Below are positions 42,760 to 54,199 of a DNA stretch of 64,000 bases, in pieces (position 1 is the first letter of the stretch; every line of letters starts with the position of its first letter). The translations under genes and the position numbers were made by a program. The stretch spans positions 1,922,001 through 1,986,000 of the forward strand of contig NW_025767146.1 of the NCBI RefSeq assembly GCF_003918875.1. Reading direction: 5' to 3'. The notes beneath the pieces were generated by a model that worked only from the letters and a program-made list of their open reading frames with translations, did no database searches and was not told where the DNA came from. This stretch comes from Haliotis rubra (lineage: Eukaryota).

Positions 42760-43400
42760 TGTTCCTAAAGAGCGAATGCATTTGCATGCAATGGAGACAT
42801 CACAAGGATGTGGACCACTCCAAAACTGAACAGCAGAAACGACGTTTTAACTGGTGTTTGTAGCATGGAAATTCATTTGGGATAATGTTGTGTACTCAGA
42901 TGAACGTTCAGTGTGGCTGTATCCAATCTGTATATACATGTGGACAAAAGGTACAATTTATCAGCATCCAAAGTCTTAAATTTCATGAGTGGAGTGCAGT
43001 GCCTATGTTTGGCACCTCACCATTGTGGTATGTGGAGGTAACATGGCTAGTGCCGCGGACACTGTACTGGGACATCTCCTCCCAACAGCGCAAGGTCTGT
43101 ACGGTGATGGATGAGTATTCTAGCAAGACAATAACCCAGATATAGAGCGAATCATTTCCAGGAATGGATTAACAAGTATAACACTCCTCGAATTGCACAG
43201 CTACAATCTCAACCTGGACCTAACTGAAACTATTTGGGGAAGGAAAATATCAATAAAAAGTTTATGTGATATGAAAGCAGAGGTGGTGAGATTTTGGGAC
43301 AGTATGACTCATGATTTCCTAACATCATTGCTAGGCAGTATGTCTGACCGCACTGAAGCATGTACTAGGGAAAGAGATGGTCGGACGAAATATCGAACAG
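42760..43400 (+). pseudogene. Decayed Tc1/mariner-family transposase
   Basis: Frame-broken motifs in the right order: WDNVVYSDERS (W..V.FSDES, first catalytic D), HEWSAVPMFGTSPL (VWGAI...G), LELHSYNLNLDLTETIWG (resembles WP..SPDLNPIENIW) and C-terminal LLGSMSDRTEACTRERDGRTKY (SMP.R..AVI...GG.TKY). Confidence 0.75.
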
Positions 43401-43620
43401 TTTGCTGTTTTGTAGCTTCAGGTGAGCGGTGTTTGCCGCTATTTAACGTATCTCTTGATCTTTCGATTAACTGTTCTGGTCACACTAATAATATATATTT
43501 CGTGTATATAACATCGGGTGTATATAACATCGGGTTTATATAACATCGGGTGTATATAGTAGGTATATCACATCGGGAGTATGTAATGTGTATATCACAT
43601 CGGGAGTATACATGTATATT

Positions 43621-43786
43621 GTGAGTGAGTGAGTTCGGTTTTACACCGCTTTTAGCAATATTCCAGCAATATCACGGCAGGGGACACCAGAAATGGGCTT
43701 TACACATTGAACCCATGTGGGGAATCGAACCCGGGCCTTCAGTGTGACGAGCGAACGCTTTAACCACTTGGCAACCCCACCGCCCC
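43621..43786 (-). mobile_element. Short tRNA-derived SINE with (ACTC)n tail and probable target-site duplication
   Basis: Minus strand reads GGGGCGGTGGGGTTGCCAAGTGGTTAAAGCG...GGGTTCGATTCCCC (A/B boxes)...GATATTGCTGGAATATTGCTAAAAGCGGTGTAAAAC...ACTCACTCACTCAC. TATATTGTG occurs on both flanks. Confidence 0.85.
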
Positions 43787-45894
43787 GTATATATTGTGGA
43801 TATCACATTGGGAGTATAATAATATTCTCTTGTGTATATCAAATCGGGATTATATATTATATTCTCTTGTGTATATCATATCGGATGTATATGTTATTGA
43901 TATCACAAGGGAAGTATATACTGTGTATATCGCAACGGGAGTATGCATTTTCTTGTCTAGCGTATATTACACATCAGGAGTATATTGCTGCCCCCTCTCC
44001 ACCCACATAGTTCTACCACAACACACCTCTCTATCCCATCCCACAGAATGGGTTACAGGAATTGTGAGGATCCCTTCTCGACTACTCGTTGTCCCCTGTC
44101 CATGCTTGACCCCATACCCTGGACTAATGTCTTTGTGTACCGGACACTCGAGTAGCTCCCCCTGCAGATGTCCCTCATAAAGACATAACTTCATTATCAG
44201 GCGTGCAGTCGCCATTAACGTTGATCTAAAAGCTTCCTTTATCGGATTTGTATCAATTGTCCCTTGTCCAGTTACAGCCGGAGCTTGGTGTCCGGGATGG
44301 GGTCTGGGTGATGTACGAGTTGCAGCAATGGCTGTTTCCCATACGGGAACCAGATGCAGTAGCGCATTCAAGTGGTAATACTAACTTACTGTCTGGGGTT
44401 AGTCTCGAACCATGCACATTCCTGGTAAACACGAGACGCAGTAAGTGAATCTACCCTTTGCTTGAAGTACACTAGACTACCTGTGCTGCTAGGTATCTGT
44501 CTTTGCTATTAATCCCCACCCTCTCCAACTAGTTACCTACCTTTCATACAAATTACCAACCTCTGCAGTTATTAAGATGAAAATGCGCCTCGTTCCATAA
44601 ACCCACGTTTACAGCTTCTCGCCCCTCCTCATGTACCCTCCACCCCACCGTCATTCACCAACATGTTTTCAGCCTCACCAACACCACACCACGTGTACAA
44701 CGTCACACCCACCCAGATTCCAGTGTCCACCCATCCATACCCCTGTAAACCCAGCTAGGCCCAGCTACACCTCCCTACCCGCATGTAATGACTGCCCCAC
44801 CTACATCCCTCAAGGCAGCCAATCCAACACACATGGCCTTTTCCCTAAACCTTTTATCCGCTTCCCCTCCAAACACTTTTTTGAATCCTTTAAGAGTATT
44901 AAATGTCTCCGTACCATGCTTGACCCCCACGCTCAACTTGTCGTCTCCGTGAAGCACCCCTACTCAGGGAAGACGAGCCAGTGTTCAGCCAAGAGGAGCT
45001 TGTATCAAGTGTAATGAAATCCGACATGCAAACGTCACTCTGAATTGCGTTATAGCGCCGCATGTTATCTCAAAATATTGACTGATTGGCACATAACCCT
45101 TAAAGTGTTTGCAGGAATTAGACCCCCAGAAGTATGAATGGCCGTTCGTGAATACCCCTGACAGCTTCCGGTGGCAACACGCGTATATTCCCCTGCCAGC
45201 GAGTTTGGAACTAACGATCTACCAACTGTGAAGCAGGCAACTGGAACTTGGATATGCCTACAGTTGTACTTTAGCTGAAATATCTATTTAGGGTAAATCA
45301 ATCATGATTCACTGCTTCGAAGTTTTCGAAATACGTTTATTTACTTTAATGGTATTCCTATTCATAGTGAGACCGACGGAAAGTACGTATTGATGATGAA
45401 CCATCAAATAGACCCACTTCGGGAACCAGAAACATTAATTTGACAAGGAGCATAACCACCCCTGCGTGTTGCTTGCAGGATGTCATTCAAGGGTAAGCTA
45501 CATAGTAGGAATTGGAATATATATTTTGATATGGAAACATTTAGGAGAGAGTTTTTTTCAGGTTATAGCCCTCGTTCTACTTTCCGCTCACTTTAACTGC
45601 CGTGTGCAAGCAGTAACGCCTCACGTCACGTAGACTGCTGGTAACAGTTAAATTACATCAAAGGAAGCCATCGACCGATAGTGAAAGGCTGGAAGACCAA
45701 GAGAAACATGTGATCTGGATATGTAACAACTTTTATAACTATAGTTTAGAACGTGTAGAAAAACTGGATGACGACGAGAGTTGCACATTAATGTAAGGCA
45801 CATTTGGTTTTAAGCAGCGCTTCGAACGAACGCCCGATACGATGGCTCCCTGTCAAGGATATTACGTGGGGCTGACCGTCAGTTTAGGACTTAC

Positions 45895-46013
45895 CCTTGG
45901 AATGCTTTCGCTGCGTGGGCGTTGACGAGATTGCCATTAATCTCCATCTTGATTTTCTGCGCTCCGTAGTACCAGTACAAGTTGTGCAGACCCACCATGA
46001 AGGCGAAGAGTAC
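45895..46013 (-). CDS. TRPC: TRPC exon: end of S5 and extracellular turret (VLFAFMVGLHNLYWYYGAQKIKMEINGNLVNAHAAKAFQG)
   Basis: GL..LY.YY motif. Acceptor ctacaacag, donor GG|GTAAGT, phase 0-2. Confidence 0.95.
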
Positions 46014-46289
46014 CTGTTGTAGACAGAGTTTGTGTTTAACAGTACTGAAACAGGAGACAGGAGATAGAATATCCAGGAGTGTCAGTTTGACGTGCAAGGA
46101 AAGCCCTTAGTGGCGTTTGAAGTATGTGAGGCTGACAAACTGAAAAGTATTCAGGGCGAATCCGGGATTCGAACCCAGGATCATATATTTTCTTACACGC
46201 TAACGGAAATTGTAGCACCTTGGTCTACATGTGACACCTGTGTTATAAAACACTGGCTTGAAATACGTAGGTTTACGGTAGCACCGGAA

Positions 46290-47037
46290 ACAGACACTGA
46301 CTCACCCATGTATATACTGTACTCACCAGGGTAACAGACACTGACTCACCCATGTATATACTGTACTCACCAGGGTAACAGACACTGACTCACCCATGTA
46401 TATACTGTACTCACCAGGGTAACAGACACTGACTCACCCATGTATATACTGTACTCACCAGGGTAACAGACACTGACTCACCCATGTATATACTGTACTC
46501 ACCAGGGTAACAGACACTGACTCACCCATGTATATATTGTACTCACCAGGGTAACAGACACTGACTCACCCATGTATATACTGTATTCACCAGGGTAACA
46601 GACACTGACTCACCCATGTATATATTGTACTCACCAGGGTAACAGACGCTGACTCACCCATGTATATATTGTACTCACCAGGGTAACAGACGCTGACTCA
46701 CCCATGTATATACTGTACTCACCAGGGTAACAGACACTGACTCACCCATGTATATATTGTACTCACCAGGGTAACAGACGCTGACTCACCCATGTATATA
46801 TTGTACTCACCAGGGTAACAGACGCTGACTCACCCATGTATATATTGTACTCACCAGGGTAACAGACGCTGACTTACCCATGTATATACTGTACTCACCA
46901 GGGTAACAGACGCTGACTCACCCATGTATATACTGTACTCACCAGGGTAACAGACACTGACTCACCCATGTATATACTGTACTCACCAGGGTAACAGACA
47001 CTGATTCACCCATGTATATATTGTACTCACCAGGGTA
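46290..47037 (-). repeat. 44-bp minisatellite, about 17 copies, duplicating the exon end and 5' splice site of the S4-S5 exon
   Basis: The unit on the minus strand is TTACCCTG|GTGAGTACArTATATACATGGGTGAGTCAGyGTCTG. The first copy is the real donor at 47030. Confidence 0.95.
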
Positions 47038-47215
47038 AACAGCACCATGAACCTGGTGATATCGCCGATCATGCGCCCAAGGGATATCTGCAGGGGGCCC
47101 AGCACCTCGAAGGCTGGCATGAGGTAGGTGGTGCGCGCGAAGCTGATGACGTTGGCAATGGCGAACAAGACGTCCGAGACAATCTCAGGGTCGTTTGCTT
47201 CCCAATGGAACCGTG
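47031..47215 (-). CDS. TRPC: TRPC exon: S4, S4-S5 linker and start of S5 (SRFHWEANDPEIVSDVLFAIANVISFARTTYLMPAFEVLGPLQISLGRMIGDITRFMVLFTL)
   Basis: LGPLQISLGRM is the TRPC S4-S5 linker signature. Acceptor attgcag, donor CTG|GTGAGT, phase 1-0. Confidence 0.97.
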
Positions 47216-47712
47216 CTGCAATGGCAGGTGGAATCATATCAGATTGAAATATGTCCGTCCATGTCCTGTCTCCATGCATCTTATCATCAACCATATTAAC
47301 ATAGACACACAACGCTGCACCAGCGACAGGGAGATTCATTCGATCCTTTGATGCACAGTAACGGGTTTATAGAGAGCTTTGTAAACGTTGTACAGAGTTA
47401 TGCTAACGCTGTATAGCGCTGTGTCGACTTGCACTGACCTATGCCGACTTTGTATAGCGCTATGCTAACTTTGTAAGAACTATGCTAAGGTTGTACAGAG
47501 CTACGCCGACTTGGTGCAGCTGACGGTCAACTTTGTACAGCGCCAATTTAGATCAGTACCACACTAAACCAACTGTGTACAGTACTTCGCCCTGTTGGAT
47601 GTACTCGACCAATGTGTAAGTTCGCCGTTATGATCCCACAATGTCGAAGAGCACATAAAAACGAGCACCCAGGGGAGCTGTGTAACGATAAACTTCACCC
47701 CCATTGACTTAC

Positions 47713-47834
47713 ATGCCTCCATGAAGTAATTGATCCTGTGGTTCGGGTTCTTGATATCAGCAACCAGAAGATGGAAGTATGTGTGGTTTTGTTGCATAAG
47801 GAGTTCTCTCGCCCGATTTGTGCCATTCGACGTC
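47713..47834 (-). CDS. TRPC: TRPC exon: extended extracellular S3-S4 loop (RTSNGTNRARELLMQQNHTYFHLLVADIKNPNHRINYFMEA)
   Basis: Acceptor tgtattgcag, donor T|GTAAGT. Phase 2-1 exactly bridges the flanking exons (..EAD-R / YFMEA-S-RFHW). Two N-glycosylation sequons (NGT, NHT). Confidence 0.88.
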
Positions 47835-48455
47835 CTGCAATACAACACGATATGTGTACACAGCGACGCTATTACATATTGCAAAATGATATTGCGGAAC
47901 AAATTACAATTGTTATAAATAGAACGATATATCTTATTGTGAATACTTGTGTGCATTGTGGCAAAAAAATTTACATTATAAAGTGACTGTGTATACTTCG
48001 CCTTACGATGAGCTATTTATTTTAGTACGTCACTTCTGATGTTTCATTTGGCTGTGGAAAATGTTCGATATCCTATTAGCATTCCTGTAGTATAGAGAGG
48101 ACCGGGCAGTCAATTACCTAACGCCCGCATGAACGCGGCGAGCGCCAGAGGATAACCTTTCATCATGGACGAGGCGGGAGTCAAGACATTATTCTGTAGC
48201 ACCAGAATGGATGTGGGAAGGATACTTTGCACATAACTTATTAGTGTTTCGTTACGACATCAATGTAATGGAATCTCGTTAAGTTGAACTCCGACAGCGC
48301 AATGTATCGTTTATGACGATTCATTTCATGGTTACAATAGCCTTTATCACCTTGTTACCCCACCACGGGGTTGGGTGGGTAAATATAGCAGATACGTCTA
48401 CATATTCTGTTGGTTCCGGGTATCAAGATAACCATCATATAAGAAAACTACAATG

Positions 48456-48620
48456 CAGGGGCGGATACAGCTTTTGAGAAAGGGGTGGGGTGGGGGTTGC
48501 ACACTATTGAGAAAAAGGGGGTTGCACACTTCATTTTCACCCGAGTTTGAATGGTCATTTAATAAACTTTCAGGACAACAGGGGGCGCACTTCTGCACTC
48601 CCCCTCTGGATCCGCCTATG
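48456..48620. mobile_element. MITE (non-autonomous DNA element) with terminal inverted repeats and a 5-bp direct repeat
   Basis: Imperfect TIRs CAGGGGCGGATACAG and CTGGATCCGCCTATG, flanked by CAATG at 48451-48455 and 48621-48625. Confidence 0.72.
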
Positions 48621-49904
48621 CAATGTTCACTTTAAACTGCCAATTCCGTCAAGCTGCTTGAAGTCTTATATAATGTACCCTTTTTTCATTTCCGGTGACA
48701 AAAGCATCATCTGTTAACGATGGCCGGCAATGGTTCAGGGAATAACAATTGTCCTTTCATATGTATAATTTAACGCTATACCTGTTGTATTTAATAAAGT
48801 TAAGTATATCCTGTCTTTGTGTATTACATCAAGATGTGACATTACTTGCGAGATGAACAAACGGTCGTTTGTGTGTTAGATAGATACATTTACATTTACA
48901 TGCAAAGAAGAGAGTTCGGTTTAGTCTCCCAGTTCGCCCTGTATCCGAGACAGTGTCCTTGATAGGAAGGTCATGACATATGGTTCAAGTTCACATTATG
49001 CTGAAAGAATGTGCTGCGACCTTAACCTCAATTCATGCTGCAACGGGTAGAGGGCGTTCTGATACAACAAAAGGTGCTTCCATGAACACTGGACAATATT
49101 GTGTGTAAAGAATCACTTCCGGTGAAATACTAGACAATACCTGATATGTGTTGGTTCACTTCCGGTGCTGCAAGTTTTATTACGGTTCGAACAGCAGACG
49201 ACATGCGGCTTGCACACTCTGGATACACAACGTGCCACCCAGCCACTGACAATCCGCCCTGACACCCAGACGCATCCCAGATGAAGAACGTGCCACCCAA
49301 CTACTGACAATGTGCCCCGACTCTCTGTCACACTCCATGCATAATGTGCCACCTTAACACTGACACTGAGACACTTCACGGATTCACAACGTGCCACCCA
49401 GCTACTGTGCCCCGACTCTCTGTCACTCTCCATGCATAATGTGCCACCTTAATACTGACACTGAGACACTTCACGGATTCACAACGTGCCACACTGACAA
49501 TGTGCCCAGTGTATGTAATGACGATGTAGTGCCGCAGCCCACGACGTTAGCTACGTTGCTGGATTAGGCTGTCGGACGGTTCGTGTTTGTCGATATAAAC
49601 ATATTGCCTGTATGGACTTTAGATAGAGCAGGAACCTGCATGTCTGAAGACAACATCAATCCTATCTCCGATATGAAATTAAAGAGGATCGTATTTATCA
49701 AACAAATACGCATGGGATCGCATTCATTCGTTTGTTACTATAGATCGATTATTCCCAGTGTCAAGACGGATAACATCATTTATATCGGCAAATAAAAAAG
49801 AAATGTCTGAACATGAACATTTTTTGTCTTCATATTTCACTCCCCTCGATCAACTACGAGCTTCTGATACACGACCTATGATTATGTATTTGTTGGTTGT
49901 TAAA

Positions 49905-50126
49905 CGCTGCACCCAGCAATATTCCAGCTATATGGCGGCAATCTGTAATAATCGAGTCTGGACCAGACAATCCAGTGGTCAACAGCATGTACATCGGTCT
50001 ACGCAATTGGGATACGATTGCATGTGTCAACCAAGTCAGCGAGCCTGACCACCCGGTCCCGGTTGTCGTCTCTAACGACAAGCATGGGTTGCTGAAGACC
50101 AATTCTAACCCGGATCTTCAGGGGTC
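49905..50126 (-). mobile_element. Dispersed SINE-like repeat (related to 5085-5268)
   Basis: Multiple shared 14-25 nt blocks with 5085-5268, in the same order and orientation. Confidence 0.7.
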
Positions 50127-50522
50127 GTCACGACCTATAAGCACACTATGACTCCCATATCGTACATTGCAATGACATTACAGCAATATTCGTAAATAAT
50201 CTCCAGGCGAAAGGGAAGAGGACCAGTATCGCTTTTAGAGCTTTACAGCAATATCAGAGTTGATGGCGCTACGTCACTATCTCGGAACCGAACTTGACAC
50301 ATATCGTAGGAGTATCGGAGCACATGTATTGCGATACATCAGAGTACAATCTTCCTTAGCGTGTGCTCTATTTGTAGAATGTATTTAAACACGTGGAAAC
50401 TGTAGTATTGTGTTAGATGTTGGTGCCTCAAGATAGAGAGACGAACGACACACACACACACATACACACACACACACACAAAGAAACCCGGCAGCAAGTC
50501 GCGATAGGAGAGGGTTGGTTAC

Positions 50523-50679
50523 CTGTCGGCCTCCGATACCTTGTACTCGGTGAAGAACCGCAACACATAGGAAGCAAGATACATTGATAGCACACTGAAA
50601 TCCATAAAGTTATAATAGTCCATGGTATAGGATCGGGCGCCTGAGTGGTACACCTGCTTGCACTCAATCCATAATACAC
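50523..50679 (-). CDS. TRPC: TRPC S2-S3 exon, copy B (GVLWIECKQVYHSGARSYTMDYYNFMDFSVLSMYLASYVLRFFTEYKVSEADR); putative mutually exclusive exon
   Basis: 157 nt, acceptor ctcatttcag, donor AG|GTAACC, phase 1-2, no stop codons. 46/53 aa identical to copy A. Not shown in this frame by the ORF track. Confidence 0.9.
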
Positions 50680-50757
50680 CTGAAATGAGAGAGAGCCGGA
50701 GCTATCTACATGGCTAGACTGAAGGGTGAGGAGGGAAGGGGAGATAACTGTGTTTAC

Positions 50758-50914
50758 CTGTCAGCCTCCGATACCTGGTACTCCGTGAAGAACCGTAGAA
50801 CGTAGGACGCTAGATACATAGATAAGACACTAAAATCAACTAAGTTATAATAGTCGGTGGTGTAAGCCCGGGCTCCTGAGATGTACACTTGTTTGCATTC
50901 AATCCATAGAAGAC
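50758..50914 (-). CDS. TRPC: TRPC S2-S3 exon, copy A (GLLWIECKQVYISGARAYTTDYYNLVDFSVLSMYLASYVLRFFTEYQVSEADR)
   Basis: W.E.KQ...G...Y..D..N..DF motif of TRPC S2-S3. Acceptor ttcattgcag, donor AG|GTAAAC, 157 nt, phase 1-2. Confidence 0.93.
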
Positions 50915-52127
50915 CTGCAATGAAATGGAGTAGAATAGATTCATGCAAAGTGTTACCTTCTCACTTGACAAACGGTGCACATATTATTCCCGTTAGATAC
51001 GCGGTCCTCTAGCCTATCATGAAGGGCACGCCGACAACTGTGGTGGATGCTGCGCGTGCGTCTACGACAATGACAGTCGCGGTGTTAACATCGCTGTGGG
51101 AACGGGGTACACATTCGTGGAATGTTTATCAGTTTCTATCGAAAATATTGAATTTGGATCTTGATAAGACTCTTACTTCCGTCTCGAAACTTTGGAGAAA
51201 AAGAAGGTTGCAAAACCCCATATTTTGTTTTGTTCTGAAAGTTTGTCCACACGTTTGTCTGTTTCATTCTAGTCTGATACAACATTATAGTTGTAAGATT
51301 CAACAATGACGTCTTTGCATATACATGTGGTTTCATTAGCGTGTAGAACCTCGTTACGGCATGTAGAAAAACGTCAGTACATTTTGCTCTTCACCCAACC
51401 AGTGCCGGAAGTGGCCCCTGTATCCGTCTTCCTATCAACACTCGCTGAGAACTGAAGGGAAGACGCAGTCAGTCAGAAGTATTTAGCCAGAAGCAATGTG
51501 ATTTGTCGTGAAACCCATTTTCAGACTTTACATGCATTTTACAAACATTTGTGGAATCTTCACCGACACCATACAGCCGACTGGAAGATTGTGTGTCATC
51601 ATCCTAATGAAATATTGTAATTCGGAGCTTCATCTTTGTAAGATGATGGATGGCTAGTTTCAGGACGATATTACTGACATTTTATGTTTTTCTTGCGCAG
51701 CAATAGGTCAAACGTGCTGAAACTGATCGAGAGTCTAAAAACTGTAATGTAATTATGCTGCGGTTTTCTGATTAAGTTACTGGAAAAGAGTTCGACTTTT
51801 ATGCCAGTAGACAGAGTATTGTAGCCGGTGTCTGATTCCAAGTCGTGGTAAACAGTGTCTGCTGTCACAGTCTGGTGATGTCACGTTGATGTGGCGCATT
51901 GCTATAAATGTAGAATGTCGCGGTTACAACGACTGTTTCCCACAGACAGATCATGTCTCGCCTACAATGTCCTTTGCTTCAAATCAGATATTGTCTCGCC
52001 GCCTGTAGCGTCTTTTTCTACAAATCAGATAATGCATCACAACGTTAATTCTCTTCTTAAAGTCAGATAATGGCGCTGACAGCGAGAGTTTCCATAGTCC
52101 GACACTGGCGGGCTAGTATTTTCCGTT

Positions 52128-52460
52128 ATTGTAGTCGCACCTAGTCATGTTGACAGTGTCTATCTATGTAGTCGCACCTAGTCTTGTTGACAGTGTCTAT
52201 CCATGTAGTTATGTTGACAGTGTCTATCTATGTAGTCGCACATACTCTTGTTGACAGTGTCTATCTATGTAGTTATGTTGACAGTGTCTATCCATGTAGT
52301 CGCACATAGTCTTGTTGGCAGTGTCTATCTATGTAGTCGCACCTAGTCTTGTTGGCAGTGTCTATCTATGTAGTCGCACCTAGTCTTGTTGGCAGTGTCT
52401 ATCTATGCAGTCGCACCTAGTCTTGTTGACAGTGTCTATCTATGTAGTCATGTTGGCAGT
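52128..52460. repeat. Minisatellite of mixed ~37/~26-bp units (TGTAGTCGCACCTAGTCTTGTTGrCAGTGTCTATCTA)
   Basis: Direct tandem repetition. Confidence 0.85.
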
Positions 52461-52679
52461 ATTTGTTGTCGTAGTTGCACGTGCCCGTAGCTGAGAGATT
52501 ATTTCAGACCATGTAGCCGCTCCAGGTGGTGTATTTTTCAGATCAACTGATAAACATTTAACGAATATTTCAGGCACGATATTCCGGGAGTGGCGGTCGT
52601 ATTCGGGGTGGGTCAATGAACGCCAGGGTAGAGTGCGTCTGATATGAACAAGATGAGGTGGTTGATGAGGGGGTGATGC

Positions 52680-53245
52680 TCAGCTGTGTGATATACCAAG
52701 GTGAATATATCTAAACTCACAGCTGTGTGATATACCAAGGTGAGTTTATCTAAACTCACAACTGAAGGATATACCAAGGTGAGTTTATCTAGACTCACAA
52801 CTGAAGGATATACCAAGGTGAGTTTATCTAGACTCACAACTGAAGGATATACCAAGGTGAGTTTATCTAAACTCACAACTGAAGGATATACCAAGGTGAG
52901 TTTATCTAGACTCACAACTGAAGGATATACCAAGGTGAGTTTATCTAGACTCACAACTGAAGGATATACCAAGGTGAGTTTATCTAGACTCACAACTGAA
53001 GGATATACCAAGGTGAGTTTATCTAGACTCACAACTGAAGGATATACCAAGGTGAGTTTATCTAGACGCACAACTCTAGGTTATACCAAGGTGAGTTTAT
53101 CTAGACTCACAACTGAAGGATATACCAAGGTGAGTTTATCTAGACGCACAACTCTAGGTTATACCAAGGTGAGTTTATCTAGACTCACAACTGTAGGATA
53201 TACCAAGGTGAGTTTATGTAAACGCACAGCTGCAGGATATACCAG
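52680..53245. repeat. 39-bp minisatellite (GGATATACCAAGGTGAGTTTATCTAGACTCACAACTGAA), about 14 copies
   Basis: Direct periodicity; gives 13-aa repeat ORFs on both strands. Confidence 0.93.
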
Positions 53246-53329
53246 AGTGTATCTAGATTGGCGGGTGTATGATATACTAAGGTGAGTCTATTGAAGAGTT
53301 ACGCTGACAGCTGTAGGCTATTCCATGGT

Positions 53330-53925
53330 TAGACAGACTGCCATCAGGTATACTAAGGTGAATCTATCGAGGAGTTAGGCGGGGAGCTGTGGGATATACT
53401 ACAGTGACTTCATAGAGGGGGTAGACAGACTGCCATCAGGTATACCAAGTTGGCTCTATGGAGGAGTTAGGCGGGGAGCTGTGGGATATACTACAGTGAC
53501 TTCATAGAGGGGGTAGACAGACTGCCATTAGGTATACCAAGGTGACTCTATGGAGGAGTTAGGCGGGGAGCTGTGGGATATACTAAGGTGACTTCATAGA
53601 GGGGGTACACAGACTGCCATTAGGTATACCAAGGTGACTCCATGGAGGAGTTAGGCGGGGAGCTGTGGGATATACTACAGTGACTTCATAGAGGGGGTAG
53701 ACAGACTGCCATTAGGTATACCAAGTTGGCTCTATGGAGGAGTTAGGCGGGGAGCTGTGGGATATACTACAGTGACTTCATAGAGGGGGTAGACAGACTG
53801 CCATTAGGTATACCAAGGTGACTCTATGGAGGAGTTAGGCGGGGAGCTGTGGGATATACTAGAGTGACTTCATAGAGGGGTAGACAGACTGCCATTAGGT
53901 ATACCAAGTTGGCTCTATGGAGATG
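53330..53925. repeat. ~90-bp dimeric minisatellite related to its neighbours
   Basis: GGAGGAGTTAGGCGGGGAGCTGTGGGATATACT...GACAGACTGCCATTAGGTATACCAAG repeated about 6 times. Confidence 0.88.
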
Positions 53926-54199
53926 GTGGTTTGTAGCCTGTAGGTTAAACAAAGATGATTCTATCACGGAGGAGACCGACTGCTGTACGTTATACAAAGG
54001 TGACATCAACAACAAGGGAAAACTGAGAGCTGTAGGATATACCAAGGAGAATCTATCGACTAGGGAAGACCGACGGCTGTAGGGTAAACCAAGGTGAACA
54101 GGGGAAGAATAACAGCTGTGGGGTATACTTTTGTCACTCTGTCGACGGGTGATGACTGACTGCTGTAGGATATACTGGTGGGACTCTGTCAACGGGAGG

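Noticed and set aside
43967-45014. Retroelement-derived ORFs
   Set aside because: I cannot identify any reverse transcriptase, endonuclease or gag motif with confidence.
50523-50679. Exon copy B as a haplotype or assembly duplication artefact
   Set aside because: Divergence from copy A is high and mostly synonymous, and the flanking intron sequences are unrelated, which does not fit an allelic duplication.
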